This document shows positions 10,425-20,655 of a stretch of DNA of 64,000 bases, in pieces. The notes under the pieces are model-generated. The model ran no database searches and was not told the DNA's origin. It was given only the letters and a program-made list of their open reading frames with translations. The translations under genes and the position numbers were made by a program. The DNA comes from an uncultured delta proteobacterium (GTDB lineage: Bacteria > Desulfobacterota > Binatia > Binatales > Binataceae). Location of the stretch: assembly GCA_963765675.1 (NCBI GenBank), contig CAVXXK010000001.1, positions 2,080,001 through 2,144,000 on the forward strand, read 5' to 3'. Position 1 is the stretch's first letter. Each line of letters starts with the position of its first letter.

Positions 10425-11556
10425 CGCGGGAAACCTCCTGTGCGGCGGCGGCTCCGACGTTGGGACGGATTCGCGCGAGGATCAACTCGTCGAGCGCACG
10501 CGCGTCGCCTTCCGGCATCGTCACCTCAAGGCGCAAAGCGTACAAGGAATCGCGTGCGAACGGAAATCTCTCGAGCTTCACCAAGTCCTTTTCCGTAGTG
10601 ACGATCAGATCAACGTTGCGCGCGGCCGACGCGATTTCCTGCCAGTCGGAGGCCGTGTACGAATGATGGTCCGGAAAGTCGAGCACGCCGATCAAATCGG
10701 CTTCGAGCTCACGCAACATGGCGTGAAACGCCGCTGGATCCGCAAGCCCGCTGACGGCGAGCACGCGGCGTCCGGTGAGCGACGCTGCGGATTCGCACCA
10801 ATTCCCGTTCGCGACGCTGACCAAGCTTTGGGGATGAAGCGCGGCGCTCAGCACGCGGCTCTGGTTGATACGCGCTAGCTGCGCCGCGGACAGCGCGCTC
10901 TTAAGGCTCGCGTCGGCCGAAACGATCACGACTGCGGCGGCGCGCCGCAGCGCGGACAGCGGCTCGCGCATCGGTCCGGCGGGCAGCATCCATCCGTTGC
11001 CGAGTCCGCGCTCGCGGCTGATCAAGACCAGATCAAGATCGCGGCGCAGGCGCGCGTGCTGGAAGCCGTCATCGAGGATGACCACGTCGAGCGGGCCGCG
11101 CGAGCGCAGGAGCTCGATCGCGTCGATACGTCTGCGCGCGATAGCGATCGGCCCGGTAAACCGCCGCGCCATCATCGCCGGCTCGTCGCCCGCTACACTC
11201 ACGTCGAGCAGCAATTCGCCATGCTCCGAGACCAGCGCGGCGCTCGCGGAGCCCGGGGCTCCGCTGTAGCCGCGGCTGACAATCGCAACGCGCAGCCCGC
11301 GGGCTTGCAGGCGTGCGGCGAGAAAAAGTGTAAACGGAGTCTTTGCGTTGCCGCCGACGGTCAGATTGCCGACGCTGATTACCGGCACTCCCGGATCCGC
11401 CGAGCGCCATCGCCACCAGCGGTTTCTTGCCGCGACAGCGCCGCGGAAAATTCCGGCCGCGCCGCGCAGCGGCAGTGCGAGCAGATGATGAATGGGCTTG
11501 GGATCGCCGCGCCACAAACTCTCCAGGCGCGGGCGGCGCGTGGGTCGCGTCGACAT
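10414..11556 (-). CDS. lpxK: Tetraacyldisaccharide 4'-kinase
   Basis: VISVGNLTVGGNAKTP, VSRGY, GDEP, LDDGFQH, LPAGPMRE, FPDHH, TTEKD. Confidence 0.95.
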   Translation of the reverse strand: MSTRPTRRPRLESLWRGDPKPIHHLLALPLRGAAGIFRGAVAARNRWWRWRSADPGVPVISVGNLTVGGNAKTPFTLFLAARLQARGLRVAIVSRGYSGAPGSASAALVSEHGELLLDVSVAGDEPAMMARRFTGPIAIARRRIDAIELLRSRGPLDVVILDDGFQHARLRRDLDLVLISRERGLGNGWMLPAGPMREPLSALRRAAAVVIVSADASLKSALSAAQLARINQSRVLSAALHPQSLVSVANGNWCESAASLTGRRVLAVSGLADPAAFHAMLRELEADLIGVLDFPDHHSYTASDWQEIASAARNVDLIVTTEKDLVKLERFPFARDSLYALRLEVTMPEGDARALDELILARIRPNVGAAAAQEVSRDAR

Positions 11557-11562
11557 CGAGCG

Positions 11563-12834
11563 TCACGCGTCCAAAGCCAGACGGCGCAGATGCTCGACGG
11601 TAGCGCGCGCCGCGCCTCCGGCATTTTCGGCGGCGGCCTTCGCGCGTGTGCCTGCGTGAGCACGAGCGCTCTCATCGCCGAGCCACTTGGCGCACTGCTC
11701 AGCCAGCTCGGCTGCGTCGCGGACGATCGCGCCGCCGCCAGACTCGACCAGCGCCGTCGCCATCGCGCGCTGATTTTCGTGGAAGGGTCCGAACATGACC
11801 GGCGCGGAAACCGCCGCCGGTTCGCCGACGTTCTGGCCGCCGCGTCCCGCGATCATGCTGCCGCCGACAAACGCGACACTAGCGCGCCGATACATCCCGC
11901 GCAGCTCGCCCATCGTGTCCAGCAGCATCACCGAGGCGTCCTCGGCGAGCGAGGTTCCAGTCTCTAGCGCGCTTGCGCGCAAGTACGACACTTCGGCAGC
12001 GCGCAGCGCCTCTTCGACTTCGGGAGTGCGCGCCGGATGACGCGGCGCGAGCACCAACGCGAGCGCGCCAAAGCGTTTGCGCAAGATCTGGAAAGCGGCG
12101 ATCACGATCGCCTCTTCGCCGCGCGCGGTCGAGCCCGCGACCAGGAGAGGACGCCCGTGCGCGAACCGGGTCAATGCGTCGCGCAGCGCAATTTCCTCTC
12201 CCGCGAAAGAGACATCAAACTTGGTATTGCCCGTTACCGTGATCTTATCGCTCGCCGCGCCAAGCGTGGTAAAACGCCGCGCGTCTTCATCGCTTTGGGC
12301 AAGAATCAGATGCGCGGATTTGAGCGCGTGGCCGAACAGCGACTTCGCGCGTTTGTAGCGGCGCAGCGAACGCTCTGAGATTCGTCCATTGACGATCGCG
12401 ACGCGCGCGCCCGCCCGCCGCGCCTCGATAAAATAATTTGGCCACAGCTCGGTCTCGCCGATCAGCACCAGGCTCGGACGCACTCCGCGCAGGAACCTGC
12501 GGACGGTCGCGGGACAATCGAGCGGCGCGAGGGCGCACGTGGTGGCCGACGGGATTCGGCGGCGTGCGGCGTCGCGTCCGGTCGTAGTCATGGTGGTGAC
12601 GACAATCCGCGCGCCGTCGAGCTCGCGATGCAATCCCGAGGCTACGGGCCGCATCGCTTCGACTTCGCCCACCGACGAGGCGTGAATCCAAATGCGCGGA
12701 CCGGCTCCGTTGGGCGGAAGCTCAATCGCTCCCATCCGCTCGCGGCGGTCCTGCCGGTCGCGCGCGCCCGTCGTCGCCAAGGCGAACGGCAGAGCAGGGT
12801 ACCAAAGCGCGTTGTATATTACGCGTAGCATCAT
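11563..12834 (-). CDS. waaA: Kdo transferase
   Basis: IWIHASSVGE, ETELWPN, NGRIS, LAPRHPAR, DTMGEL, FVGGS. Confidence 0.95.
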   Translation of the reverse strand: MMLRVIYNALWYPALPFALATTGARDRQDRRERMGAIELPPNGAGPRIWIHASSVGEVEAMRPVASGLHRELDGARIVVTTMTTTGRDAARRRIPSATTCALAPLDCPATVRRFLRGVRPSLVLIGETELWPNYFIEARRAGARVAIVNGRISERSLRRYKRAKSLFGHALKSAHLILAQSDEDARRFTTLGAASDKITVTGNTKFDVSFAGEEIALRDALTRFAHGRPLLVAGSTARGEEAIVIAAFQILRKRFGALALVLAPRHPARTPEVEEALRAAEVSYLRASALETGTSLAEDASVMLLDTMGELRGMYRRASVAFVGGSMIAGRGGQNVGEPAAVSAPVMFGPFHENQRAMATALVESGGGAIVRDAAELAEQCAKWLGDESARAHAGTRAKAAAENAGGAARATVEHLRRLALDA

Positions 12835-12869
12835 TTGCGCGGCCGCGCGCAAAACCGCGCGGCGTCCGC

Positions 12870-14639
12870 CTAATTTACCAAGCCGTCCTCGGGAATCGGT
12901 TCATCACTCGACGCGAACTGGAGATCGTAAAGCTTTCGATACTCGCCGTCGCGCTCGAAGAGTTCGTCGTGCGAGCCTTCCTCGACAATCCGCCCGTGGA
13001 CCACCACCACGATCCGATCGGCGCGGCGCACGGTGGACAGGCGATGCGCGATCACCAATGTAGTGCGGTTGCGCATCAGCAGTTCCAGCGCTTCCTGCAC
13101 CGAGCGCTCGGATTCGGAATCGAGCGACGACGTAGCTTCGTCGAGGATCAGAATCGGGGCGTCTTTCAGGAGCGCACGCGCGATCGCGATTCGCTGGCGC
13201 TCACCCCCGCTCAGGCGAATTCCGAGCTCGCCGACGATTGTGTCGTAACCGTTGGGTAGCCGCATGATGAAGTCGTGGGCGTTCGCCAGCTTGGCCGCGG
13301 CAGTAACGCGTTCCAGCTTTCGCGACTCCGAGCCGTACGCGATATTGGCGCGGATCGTGTCGTTGAACAAAAAAGTATGCTGCGTCACCAGGCCGATCTG
13401 CGCGCGCAACGAATCGATCTGGATTCGCCGCACGTCAATTCCGTCCACAGCGACGCGGCCCTCCTGCACGTCATAGAAGCGCGGGATCAGATCCGCGAGG
13501 GTGGACTTGCCGCCGCCGCTCATCCCGACCAGCGCGACCACTTTGCCCGCGCCGATTTCGAGGTTGATATCGTGCAGAACCCATTCGGCGCCGTAGCGGA
13601 AGCTCACGTGCTCGAAGCGCACGCTGTGCGAGCCTGCCGCCAGCTCGACCCCTTCGGGATCGTCGGGCACATCGCTCGGCTCGTCCATCATTTCAAACAC
13701 GCGTTCGGCCGCGGCGAGCCCCTGCTGGATGGTGTTGTTGGTTTTGCTGACCGATTTAAACGGCGCATAGACCAACAGCATCGTGGTGAAAAATCCGGCG
13801 AACGATCCGAGCGTGCGCCGACCGGCTGCGACCGACGGAAACGCCCACCACACCACGACCACCACCGCCACCGCGCCGAGTGACTCGATCATCGGTCCGG
13901 TGATCGCCTTGATCCGCGCGACCCGCATGTAGATTCGGAAAAGGCGGCGCAGCTCGGCGTTGAAGCGGCGGCGCTCGTAGTCTTCCATCCCAAAAGCCTT
14001 GACCACGCGATTGCCCTGGAAGGTTTCCTGGAGCAGCGCCTGCAGGCCGCCAAGCTGCTTCTGCGCATTCTTGGTTTCCTTGCGGACCCGCTTCGAGAAG
14101 CTGACGATCGGTCCGATCGTGAGCGGAAATCCGACGAACGCGACCAGCGCAAGCTGCCAATCCATGTAAAACGCGGCGCCGATCAGCGCGACGAGCGAGA
14201 GTCCGTCGCCGAACAGCGAGAACACGCCGTTGCTCAGCGTCTGCACGACGACGTTCACGTCGTTGAGCACCCGCGAGACCATCATGCCGGTCGGAGTTCG
14301 GTTGAAAAAGCTCAGCGACTGGCGCTGCAGGCTTTCGTTCAAGTCGGCGCGCATGTCGAGCACGAGTTTCTGCGTAATGTAAGCGCTCAGGTAATCGTCG
14401 GTAAGGTTCCCGCCCGCGCGCAGCAGGAACAGACCCGCCAGCATGAACGAGAGCACGTGCAGCCCGCCGGCCCCCTGGGTCCGCGTCATGTCATTGACGA
14501 AGTTCTTGATCACAAACGGGATACCGGCGTTCGCGCCCGCCAGCACTAGCATCGAGACGCCGAGCAGCGCGGTATACGGAAACAGGTAAGGGCGCAGATA
14601 GTTGAACAGGCGCCGATGCATCGGTGACAGGAGCTTCAT
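12870..14639 (-). CDS. msbA: Lipid A exporter ABC transporter
   Basis: TM domain plus GMSGGGKST, LSGGERQRIAIAR, DEATSSLD; operon context. Confidence 0.9.
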   Translation of the reverse strand: MKLLSPMHRRLFNYLRPYLFPYTALLGVSMLVLAGANAGIPFVIKNFVNDMTRTQGAGGLHVLSFMLAGLFLLRAGGNLTDDYLSAYITQKLVLDMRADLNESLQRQSLSFFNRTPTGMMVSRVLNDVNVVVQTLSNGVFSLFGDGLSLVALIGAAFYMDWQLALVAFVGFPLTIGPIVSFSKRVRKETKNAQKQLGGLQALLQETFQGNRVVKAFGMEDYERRRFNAELRRLFRIYMRVARIKAITGPMIESLGAVAVVVVVWWAFPSVAAGRRTLGSFAGFFTTMLLVYAPFKSVSKTNNTIQQGLAAAERVFEMMDEPSDVPDDPEGVELAAGSHSVRFEHVSFRYGAEWVLHDINLEIGAGKVVALVGMSGGGKSTLADLIPRFYDVQEGRVAVDGIDVRRIQIDSLRAQIGLVTQHTFLFNDTIRANIAYGSESRKLERVTAAAKLANAHDFIMRLPNGYDTIVGELGIRLSGGERQRIAIARALLKDAPILILDEATSSLDSESERSVQEALELLMRNRTTLVIAHRLSTVRRADRIVVVVHGRIVEEGSHDELFERDGEYRKLYDLQFASSDEPIPEDGLVN

Positions 14640-15814
14640 GCGGAAATCTCGAGCGCGATCGCGGCGACGCGCGCAGCCGCTCCCGGAGCGCCCAGCAGAT
14701 CGCGCAGGGAATGCAGCGCGGCGGTAGTTTCGCTATGGAGAGTTTCGCTCAACAAAGGTTCGGCGGCGCGCACCAGGTTATTCGCCGTCATTTCGCCCTG
14801 GATCAGCTCCGGTACGATTTTTCGTCCCGCCAAGATATTCGGCATCCCAATAAAATCGACCCCGGTTATCAGCATGCGACCCAGAATATAGGTCAGAGCT
14901 GACACTTTATACGCTATCACCATCGGACAGCCGAGCAGCGCGGTCTCCAGTGTCGCGGTGCCAGAGGTTACCAGCGCAAGCTCGCTGGCCGCGATAATAC
15001 TATACGTGTCGCCCGCGATTATACGGATTCCCGACAGGTCGGCGCCCGACTCGGCCGCGATAGTGTCAGCGCTGAGCGTCGGCGCGAGCGCGAGGATCGG
15101 CGTCAAGCCATGATCGCGCGCGAGGATCCTGGCCGCATCGGCGAACGCCGGCAGCATCAGGCGAACCTCGGCGCGGCGGCTGCCCGGCAGCAGCGCGAGA
15201 ATTTTCGCATCGGCGCCAAGACCGTAACGTGCGAGCGTCTCGGCGCGCGGCGCAGCGGTGGCGACGCGGTCGAGCAGGGGATGGCCGACGAAGCTCACGC
15301 GGTCGCCGGCGCGGGCGAATACCTGTTTTTCGAACGGCAGCACCACCGCCATATGTTCAGCGCGATCGGAAATTTTCTTTACCCGCCCGCGACGCCACGC
15401 CCACACCTGCGGCGTGATGTAGTAAAGCACCTTCACGCCCGCGCGCTTGGCGACGCCCGACAGGATCAGATTGAACTCAGCGTAGTCGATCAGGATCAGC
15501 AGGTCAGGTGGATCGCGCTGGATGATCCGGCGCAGATGCAGGAACGCCTTGGCGGTGCGTCCGATTGTCGAGGCGAGTTCGGACAGCCCGAGTCCGTGAA
15601 TTTCCTCCATCGTGACCAGCGCGCGCACGCCGGCCGCGCGCATCTTCTCGCCTGCGATCCCGAATAGATCGCAACCTGGGTCGCGCACGAGGATTTCGCG
15701 TGCCAAGTCGGCGCCGTGGAGATCACCTGAAGCCTCGCCGGCGACGATCATGATACGCCGCGTGAGGCGATTCGCGCGCGTAGCGGAAGCGCTGGGGTCA
15801 GTCGAAAGCGGCAT
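14636..15814 (-). CDS. lpxB: Lipid-A-disaccharide synthase
   Basis: IVAGEASGDLHGA, PQVWAWR, LLPGSR, SGTATLE; probable ATG 15814. Confidence 0.95.
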   Translation of the reverse strand: MPLSTDPSASATRANRLTRRIMIVAGEASGDLHGADLAREILVRDPGCDLFGIAGEKMRAAGVRALVTMEEIHGLGLSELASTIGRTAKAFLHLRRIIQRDPPDLLILIDYAEFNLILSGVAKRAGVKVLYYITPQVWAWRRGRVKKISDRAEHMAVVLPFEKQVFARAGDRVSFVGHPLLDRVATAAPRAETLARYGLGADAKILALLPGSRRAEVRLMLPAFADAARILARDHGLTPILALAPTLSADTIAAESGADLSGIRIIAGDTYSIIAASELALVTSGTATLETALLGCPMVIAYKVSALTYILGRMLITGVDFIGMPNILAGRKIVPELIQGEMTANNLVRAAEPLLSETLHSETTAALHSLRDLLGAPGAAARVAAIALEISA

Positions 15815-15864
15815 CGGGCAAATTGTGATTGAAAATCCTGCTTCGCACCACGGGGTGCACGCGC

Positions 15865-16734
15865 TTAATGCGGCGGCGGAGTATTCGCCAACATCGCCGA
15901 CCACGCGAGCACGATCGCCAGGAGCACGCATTCGACGGCGACGTTGCGGAGCAGAATTTCGCGTGCGCCCGATTCATCGAGCCGCCCCACGACCCGGAAC
16001 CGATTATGCGCGGCGAATACGATGATCACGGCGAAGGTGATGAGCTTCCACAAAAGCGTGCGTCCGTACATCGCGTCGATCATCAGGTGCAGATCAAATC
16101 CGATTCGTTCGTAGGCATTGCAGAGCCCCGTGAGCGTCAAAATCCCCACTGCGTAGAAGGCGACCGTAGAGACTCGCGGCGTTACGGCGCGAATCCATTC
16201 GGCCCGCTCAGATTTGTCGATGCACCCGAGCATCAGCGCCGCGAGCGCTCCGATCCAGACGCCCGCGCACGCTTGATGCACGAAATAAACCGCGATCGCG
16301 AGGCGTCCGAAATCGATCGCGTGGCTGGTGATGCTCGCGAGTGCCAGCACGAGCGTCGTCAGCAGCAGCATCGCGATCGCCAATCCTCGCGCGCGTAACG
16401 GGATCCACGCGGCGGCGGCGAGTATCACAACCACGCCCATCCGCCAGATCCACACGCGTCCAGCGTCGGTCTGCCGCACGATCTCCGGCACCAGCGGCAA
16501 CACCTGCCACCAGCGCGCCTGCGCCATCCCGCACGCCATGTCCATGAACGCGAGCGGAGAGATCACGAGCAGCGCCAGCGCGAGCATCCGCCAGAGAGTC
16601 GCGAGGCGGCGATGAAACGCGGCGCTCGCGCTCACCGGCAGGTCCGGCGCGAGCAGCGCGAATGCCGCGGTTCCAAAGATGAGTAGTTGCGCGGCGAGCA
16701 GCAGCCACGCAAAAGTCGCAGGGCCTGCGATCAA
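15865..16734 (-). CDS. copD: CopD family copper transport membrane protein
   Basis: TSHA, VHQACAGVWIG, YGRTLLWK, AAHNRF; TTG start overlapping the copC stop. Confidence 0.85.
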   Translation of the reverse strand: MIAGPATFAWLLLAAQLLIFGTAAFALLAPDLPVSASAAFHRRLATLWRMLALALLVISPLAFMDMACGMAQARWWQVLPLVPEIVRQTDAGRVWIWRMGVVVILAAAAWIPLRARGLAIAMLLLTTLVLALASITSHAIDFGRLAIAVYFVHQACAGVWIGALAALMLGCIDKSERAEWIRAVTPRVSTVAFYAVGILTLTGLCNAYERIGFDLHLMIDAMYGRTLLWKLITFAVIIVFAAHNRFRVVGRLDESGAREILLRNVAVECVLLAIVLAWSAMLANTPPPH

Positions 16735-17138
16735 GCGCCGGTTCCTTTCACGGTGAAGATGTAAGAACCGTTCGTGTGGTGCGTGTCGATTCCGACCACT
16801 GCCCACTTGACTGTATAGACCCCGGGCGCGCGCGCTCCGACCTTCACCGCGAGAGTCCGGGTGTCGTCGCCGAACGTCGGATCACCGACGGCGCAATTCT
16901 TTCCGTCGGGACCGTCCACTTCCAGTTTTGCGAACAGGTGTTCGATCGGCGCGTCGAATTTGATCGTGACTTCTGCCGGTGCCGCGGACAGGGTCTGCCC
17001 GGCCGAGGGGGACTCTTCCTCGGGAAACGAATGCGCATGCGCCATCGCGGCACTCGCGATCAGGACGAGCGCGGCAATGAAGCCCGCAAATGAGGTTCGC
17101 GTTATCCACGTTCTGAGTAGTTGTGTGCGCATCGCCAT
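16731..17138 (-). CDS. copC: CopC periplasmic copper-binding protein
   Basis: Signal peptide AHA then His; YTVKWAVVGIDTH..GSYIFTV. Confidence 0.9.
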   Translation of the reverse strand: MAMRTQLLRTWITRTSFAGFIAALVLIASAAMAHAHSFPEEESPSAGQTLSAAPAEVTIKFDAPIEHLFAKLEVDGPDGKNCAVGDPTFGDDTRTLAVKVGARAPGVYTVKWAVVGIDTHHTNGSYIFTVKGTGA

Positions 17139-17143
17139 TTGCC

Positions 17144-18052
17144 TCAGTTACCGAACAGCTTGAAGTTGCCTTGCGGAATGATCGAATCGTAAAAGATATC
17201 CAGCAGACCCAGGACCGCGGCGTGAGTATTGGGCACGCTCGCGTTGTTGAGGGGGATTTGCGTACCCACGCTCACCTCGAACCGATATCCCACGTATGCG
17301 ATTCCCGGCGTGGCGACCACATTTGGAAAGGTCTCGCCGGAAGGTCCTCTGACCAATTGTGAGTAATTTATTTCGGTGAAAAGAAACAGATTCCTGAGCG
17401 GTCCCTTGAGGCCGATATCCTGCACGTTATTGCTCAGGTACGGAAGTGAGTATTCGATCACCTGGTCCGCGTTCAGTTGATGGCTGGTATGTCCGCCGAG
17501 CGCGGGCAGATATCCAACGTCTGCCTGAAATCCCAACGGACGCAGGAATCTGATGTAGGGTAGATTGGGCAGGTCACCGAGTGCCTTTTCCCACAGCAGC
17601 TCCGGACCAAGGCTCGTATGCTGCTGTTCCTCGACGCTGGGATTTCCCGCCGGGATCTGCATCTGCAGGACGAACGACATCAGGAATTCGTGTTCCGGAA
17701 TGATCAGGAATGCGTATTTTGCGAACAACTCAAGATTGCCGAAACCCTCTTCATTCGGCCCCTCTTTCGGCGACTGGTAGATCCACGAAGTGCTGCCGCC
17801 GACACTGAAGCGCGGCAGTCCTTCGCTGTCGGTGCCGAGGACTTTTTCGATCGCGCTTCCAATCGAGAACGTGCGTCCCTCAGCGGTGCGAGTCCATTGA
17901 GGCTGTACGATATCGAGCTCGTTGGCCGTGGTTGGATCCTCGGCGACCAGCGGTTCCAGGAAAATATAGTCGCCCACCACTCCGTGGGCGTGCGCAAACG
18001 GCGCTCCAGTCAGAATCGTCAGCGTAAAAATCAGTAGTGCGATCCTTCTCAA
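17144..18052 (-). CDS. Putative outer-membrane beta-barrel/transporter associated with copCD
   Basis: Signal peptide, mature N-terminus HGVVG, alternating beta-strand pattern, AGGAG upstream of TTG. Confidence 0.6.
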   Translation of the reverse strand: MRRIALLIFTLTILTGAPFAHAHGVVGDYIFLEPLVAEDPTTANELDIVQPQWTRTAEGRTFSIGSAIEKVLGTDSEGLPRFSVGGSTSWIYQSPKEGPNEEGFGNLELFAKYAFLIIPEHEFLMSFVLQMQIPAGNPSVEEQQHTSLGPELLWEKALGDLPNLPYIRFLRPLGFQADVGYLPALGGHTSHQLNADQVIEYSLPYLSNNVQDIGLKGPLRNLFLFTEINYSQLVRGPSGETFPNVVATPGIAYVGYRFEVSVGTQIPLNNASVPNTHAAVLGLLDIFYDSIIPQGNFKLFGN

Positions 18053-18257
18053 AGCGTTCTCCTATCATGCCGTGTATGACCACAAACTTGCGTCGAGGAC
18101 GAGAGCGTTTTTGTTTTCGCCGCCGAACGAAACTCCAGGAGTCCGACGGTTGCGGCCGGTGCGATCTTAAACGGCGGTACCGCAACCAGGGAGGTCTCCT
18201 CGAGGTCGAATCGCCGCTCCAGCGTCTGATAAACCATCGGAAGTGGCGACGACGCGC

Positions 18258-18409
18258 TCAGGTCGGGTAGATAAAATCGAGAAGGACAGTTAGCCTTTAA
18301 GTGACGCCAGCGAAACCTTTTGCCTGTGCCGATCGAGCAGGGTGACATCGGGCAGGCAGTCAGCGGCGTGCAATACCGCGAACCCTCCGCTCGCTGTCAG
18401 GGCCGTCAC
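18258..18409 (-). pseudogene. Degenerate SCO-family gene fragment
   Basis: DCLPDVTLLDRHRQKVSLASLKG* then shifted VLLDFIYPT*, aligning to the intact SCO sequence QCLPDNLALVDQSGKRIPLDSLRGTPVLVDFIYTTC. Confidence 0.7.
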
Positions 18410-18537
18410 TTGCTTGGCGGCATCCGGTTCCGCCTACCACACTTGCAAGCAAGATCAATAGCGGCGGGGCTATTGGTATTCTAGCCGCCGTCGCATCGTT
18501 CAAAGAATACATCGCTCTTCTCCCAATAAATCTTGCT

Positions 18538-18945
18538 TCAGCGCGGGCTCGATACAGTCATGATTGCCATCAGCGAGTTGCGGTCGCGTTCTTCCTGTAC
18601 GCGAGCCTGATACTCCGCGCGTTCGCCTGAAGTCAGGGTTTCTCTCAATCGGTCCCCGTGGTCTTGACACTCAAGAATCGTGCGATCGCGCTCATCAACG
18701 AGCATCTGAATCCGCGGGTCAGTCGAAGTCTCAGGAGTCCCGGCTATCTGCGCAGATTCATCATTGGTCCGTACCGTTATATCGTCGACGCAGCGCTTCT
18801 CGCCGTCGTCGATCTTCTGGATTGCCTGTTCCAGATGGTCGAAGCTCGGATCGGAGTCCGAGGTCATGGCTGGGCCGTTCGCGCATCCGGCGGTCACGAC
18901 AACGGCCAATAAGAGCATTTTCGTCGTGAGTCTCCGGCTGTTCAC
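18538..18945 (-). CDS. Hypothetical lipoprotein
   Basis: Basic N-terminus, hydrophobic stretch, lipobox-like TAGC; helical acidic body with two further Cys. Confidence 0.6.
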   Translation of the reverse strand: MNSRRLTTKMLLLAVVVTAGCANGPAMTSDSDPSFDHLEQAIQKIDDGEKRCVDDITVRTNDESAQIAGTPETSTDPRIQMLVDERDRTILECQDHGDRLRETLTSGERAEYQARVQEERDRNSLMAIMTVSSPR

Positions 18946-18970
18946 TGATCTTATCTCTAACTTCCCTTCT

Positions 18971-19519
18971 CTAATGCGTCACGGGGGAGTTGGCAGTCGC
19001 CGACTTTGGCGGCAGCAGTGGCAGCACCAGGTCCTCGAGAGCCTTCTCCGTCACCGGATTCTCATCCGGGGTGAGTTTCGCGCGAACGATACCTTGGGCA
19101 TCGACGACGTATGTCACCGGCAGTTCACTGGGATCGCCGAAACCATTGTCGTTGGCGTCGTCCAACATCGCGGCCGGGTAGCTGAACGATTGCATCACCT
19201 TTATCACATCGGACCGATCATGCGGCCGATCGGCACTCAAACCGATCATTTCCAGTCCTCGATCGTGGTAAAGCCGGTAGACGGCATCCAGCGCTGGCAT
19301 TTCCTTGCGACACGGCGGACACCACGTTGCCCAGAAGTTGACGACTACGACCTTGCCGCGGTCCTGCGCCAGATCGAAGGACTTGCCGCCCAGTTGCTTG
19401 ACGAGTAGTGAAGGCGCTGGCTGGCCGATTTCAGCCCGCGCGAACGCCGAACCCGCGCTGCAGAAGACAGCGGCGATACCAGCACCGAACGCGACCACCC
19501 ATAACACGTTTCGACTCAA
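18971..19519 (-). CDS. TlpA-family thiol:disulfide reductase
   Basis: GKVVVVNFWATWCPPCRKEMP, LPVTYVVD; GGAG upstream. Confidence 0.9.
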   Translation of the reverse strand: MSRNVLWVVAFGAGIAAVFCSAGSAFARAEIGQPAPSLLVKQLGGKSFDLAQDRGKVVVVNFWATWCPPCRKEMPALDAVYRLYHDRGLEMIGLSADRPHDRSDVIKVMQSFSYPAAMLDDANDNGFGDPSELPVTYVVDAQGIVRAKLTPDENPVTEKALEDLVLPLLPPKSATANSPVTH

Positions 19520-19531
19520 GATATCGCTCCT

Positions 19532-20548
19532 TCAGAAGTTGTAGCTCGCGATCATCTTGGTCGCGTATGGCGCGGTTAGCTGATAACCCTTCATGTTCTG
19601 AAAAATTGGAACCTCGATGTCTGCGTAGAGTCCCGGGTCGATCCCGAGTTTCGAACGCCGCCCGGAGCGACGTCAGCGTGTCGTAGCCGGAGGCTGCGGG
19701 ATTCGCGTTCGCCGCGTATCCCGCGCCCGGTCGAGGCCGAGAAAAGAAAATATCGGAGCGAGTTCATTGAGCGGACCAACTTTGCCGAAGTTGTAATAGG
19801 CGCCGAGCGACCATCGAATTCGGGGCCGGGTTTGTAGTGGTCCTGGTACGCGAACGGCAGATCGTACTGCCCCTGACAATAGCAGTTCACTGGACGGTCC
19901 AGCAGGTCAACGGCAAGGTTCCCGGCTCTCCGGTAACGCCCGATGTGATAACCGCCTAGCAGCAGGTCCGTGCTGCCGGTCCCGATTTGCGTGTCGCGGT
20001 CGAAGGGCGGATAATGCCAATCACCGCTCGGCAGCTTGAAGCCACCGATAAGCCCGGTTGACATGTCTTCAGACCATCCGGTCCAGAGACCCATTATCCG
20101 GATGTCGCCGATCGAATTCATTCGAACGAATTGATGTCCGCATTGTTGCCGGAGTAAGCGCCCGTATAATTTCTCTGCCAATAGGGCACCTCGAGCATCA
20201 CGCCCCAACTCCGATTGAACATGTATTGTCCGCCGGCGGTGACGAAGTTGGTTTCCAGATACTTGTCATTGTTCTGCCCGCTGGAGCCTGGCTGGCTCGC
20301 GTGGAATTTATCTTCTGGTCCATATAGTCATACTTGGTCCACACTATCCCTCCGGCCCCGGTAGGGAGTAGTGCGTGGGTTGATACCTCAAACACGCCAC
20401 ATCCACAGGCGCACGCCCACACCACCCCGGGCGCCATCATTACGACAAACCCGGCTACGAGTACCACGCGTTCGGCGATGCGAGAGGACAGCCAACAAGT
20501 GCGACTGTCCTCTGGTGACGAAACCAAATTGTCCGCAAACGGTCCCAT
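19532..20548 (-). pseudogene. Multiply frameshifted outer-membrane protein with CACGC N-terminus
   Basis: Fragments in several frames: WACACGCGVFEV; IGDIRIMG..FDRDTQIGTGSTDLLLGGYH; GAYYNFG; C-terminal KMIASYNF* at 19532. Confidence 0.65.
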
Positions 20549-20655
20549 AAGATTTCTGCCTCGGCGGCACGCATCGCCCCAAAAAGAACCGACCCCACAC
20601 GACGCTCGGAGCGTCGGAAGTCAAGTGAAGAAATTTGTCGTTGCTGAAAGGGCTC

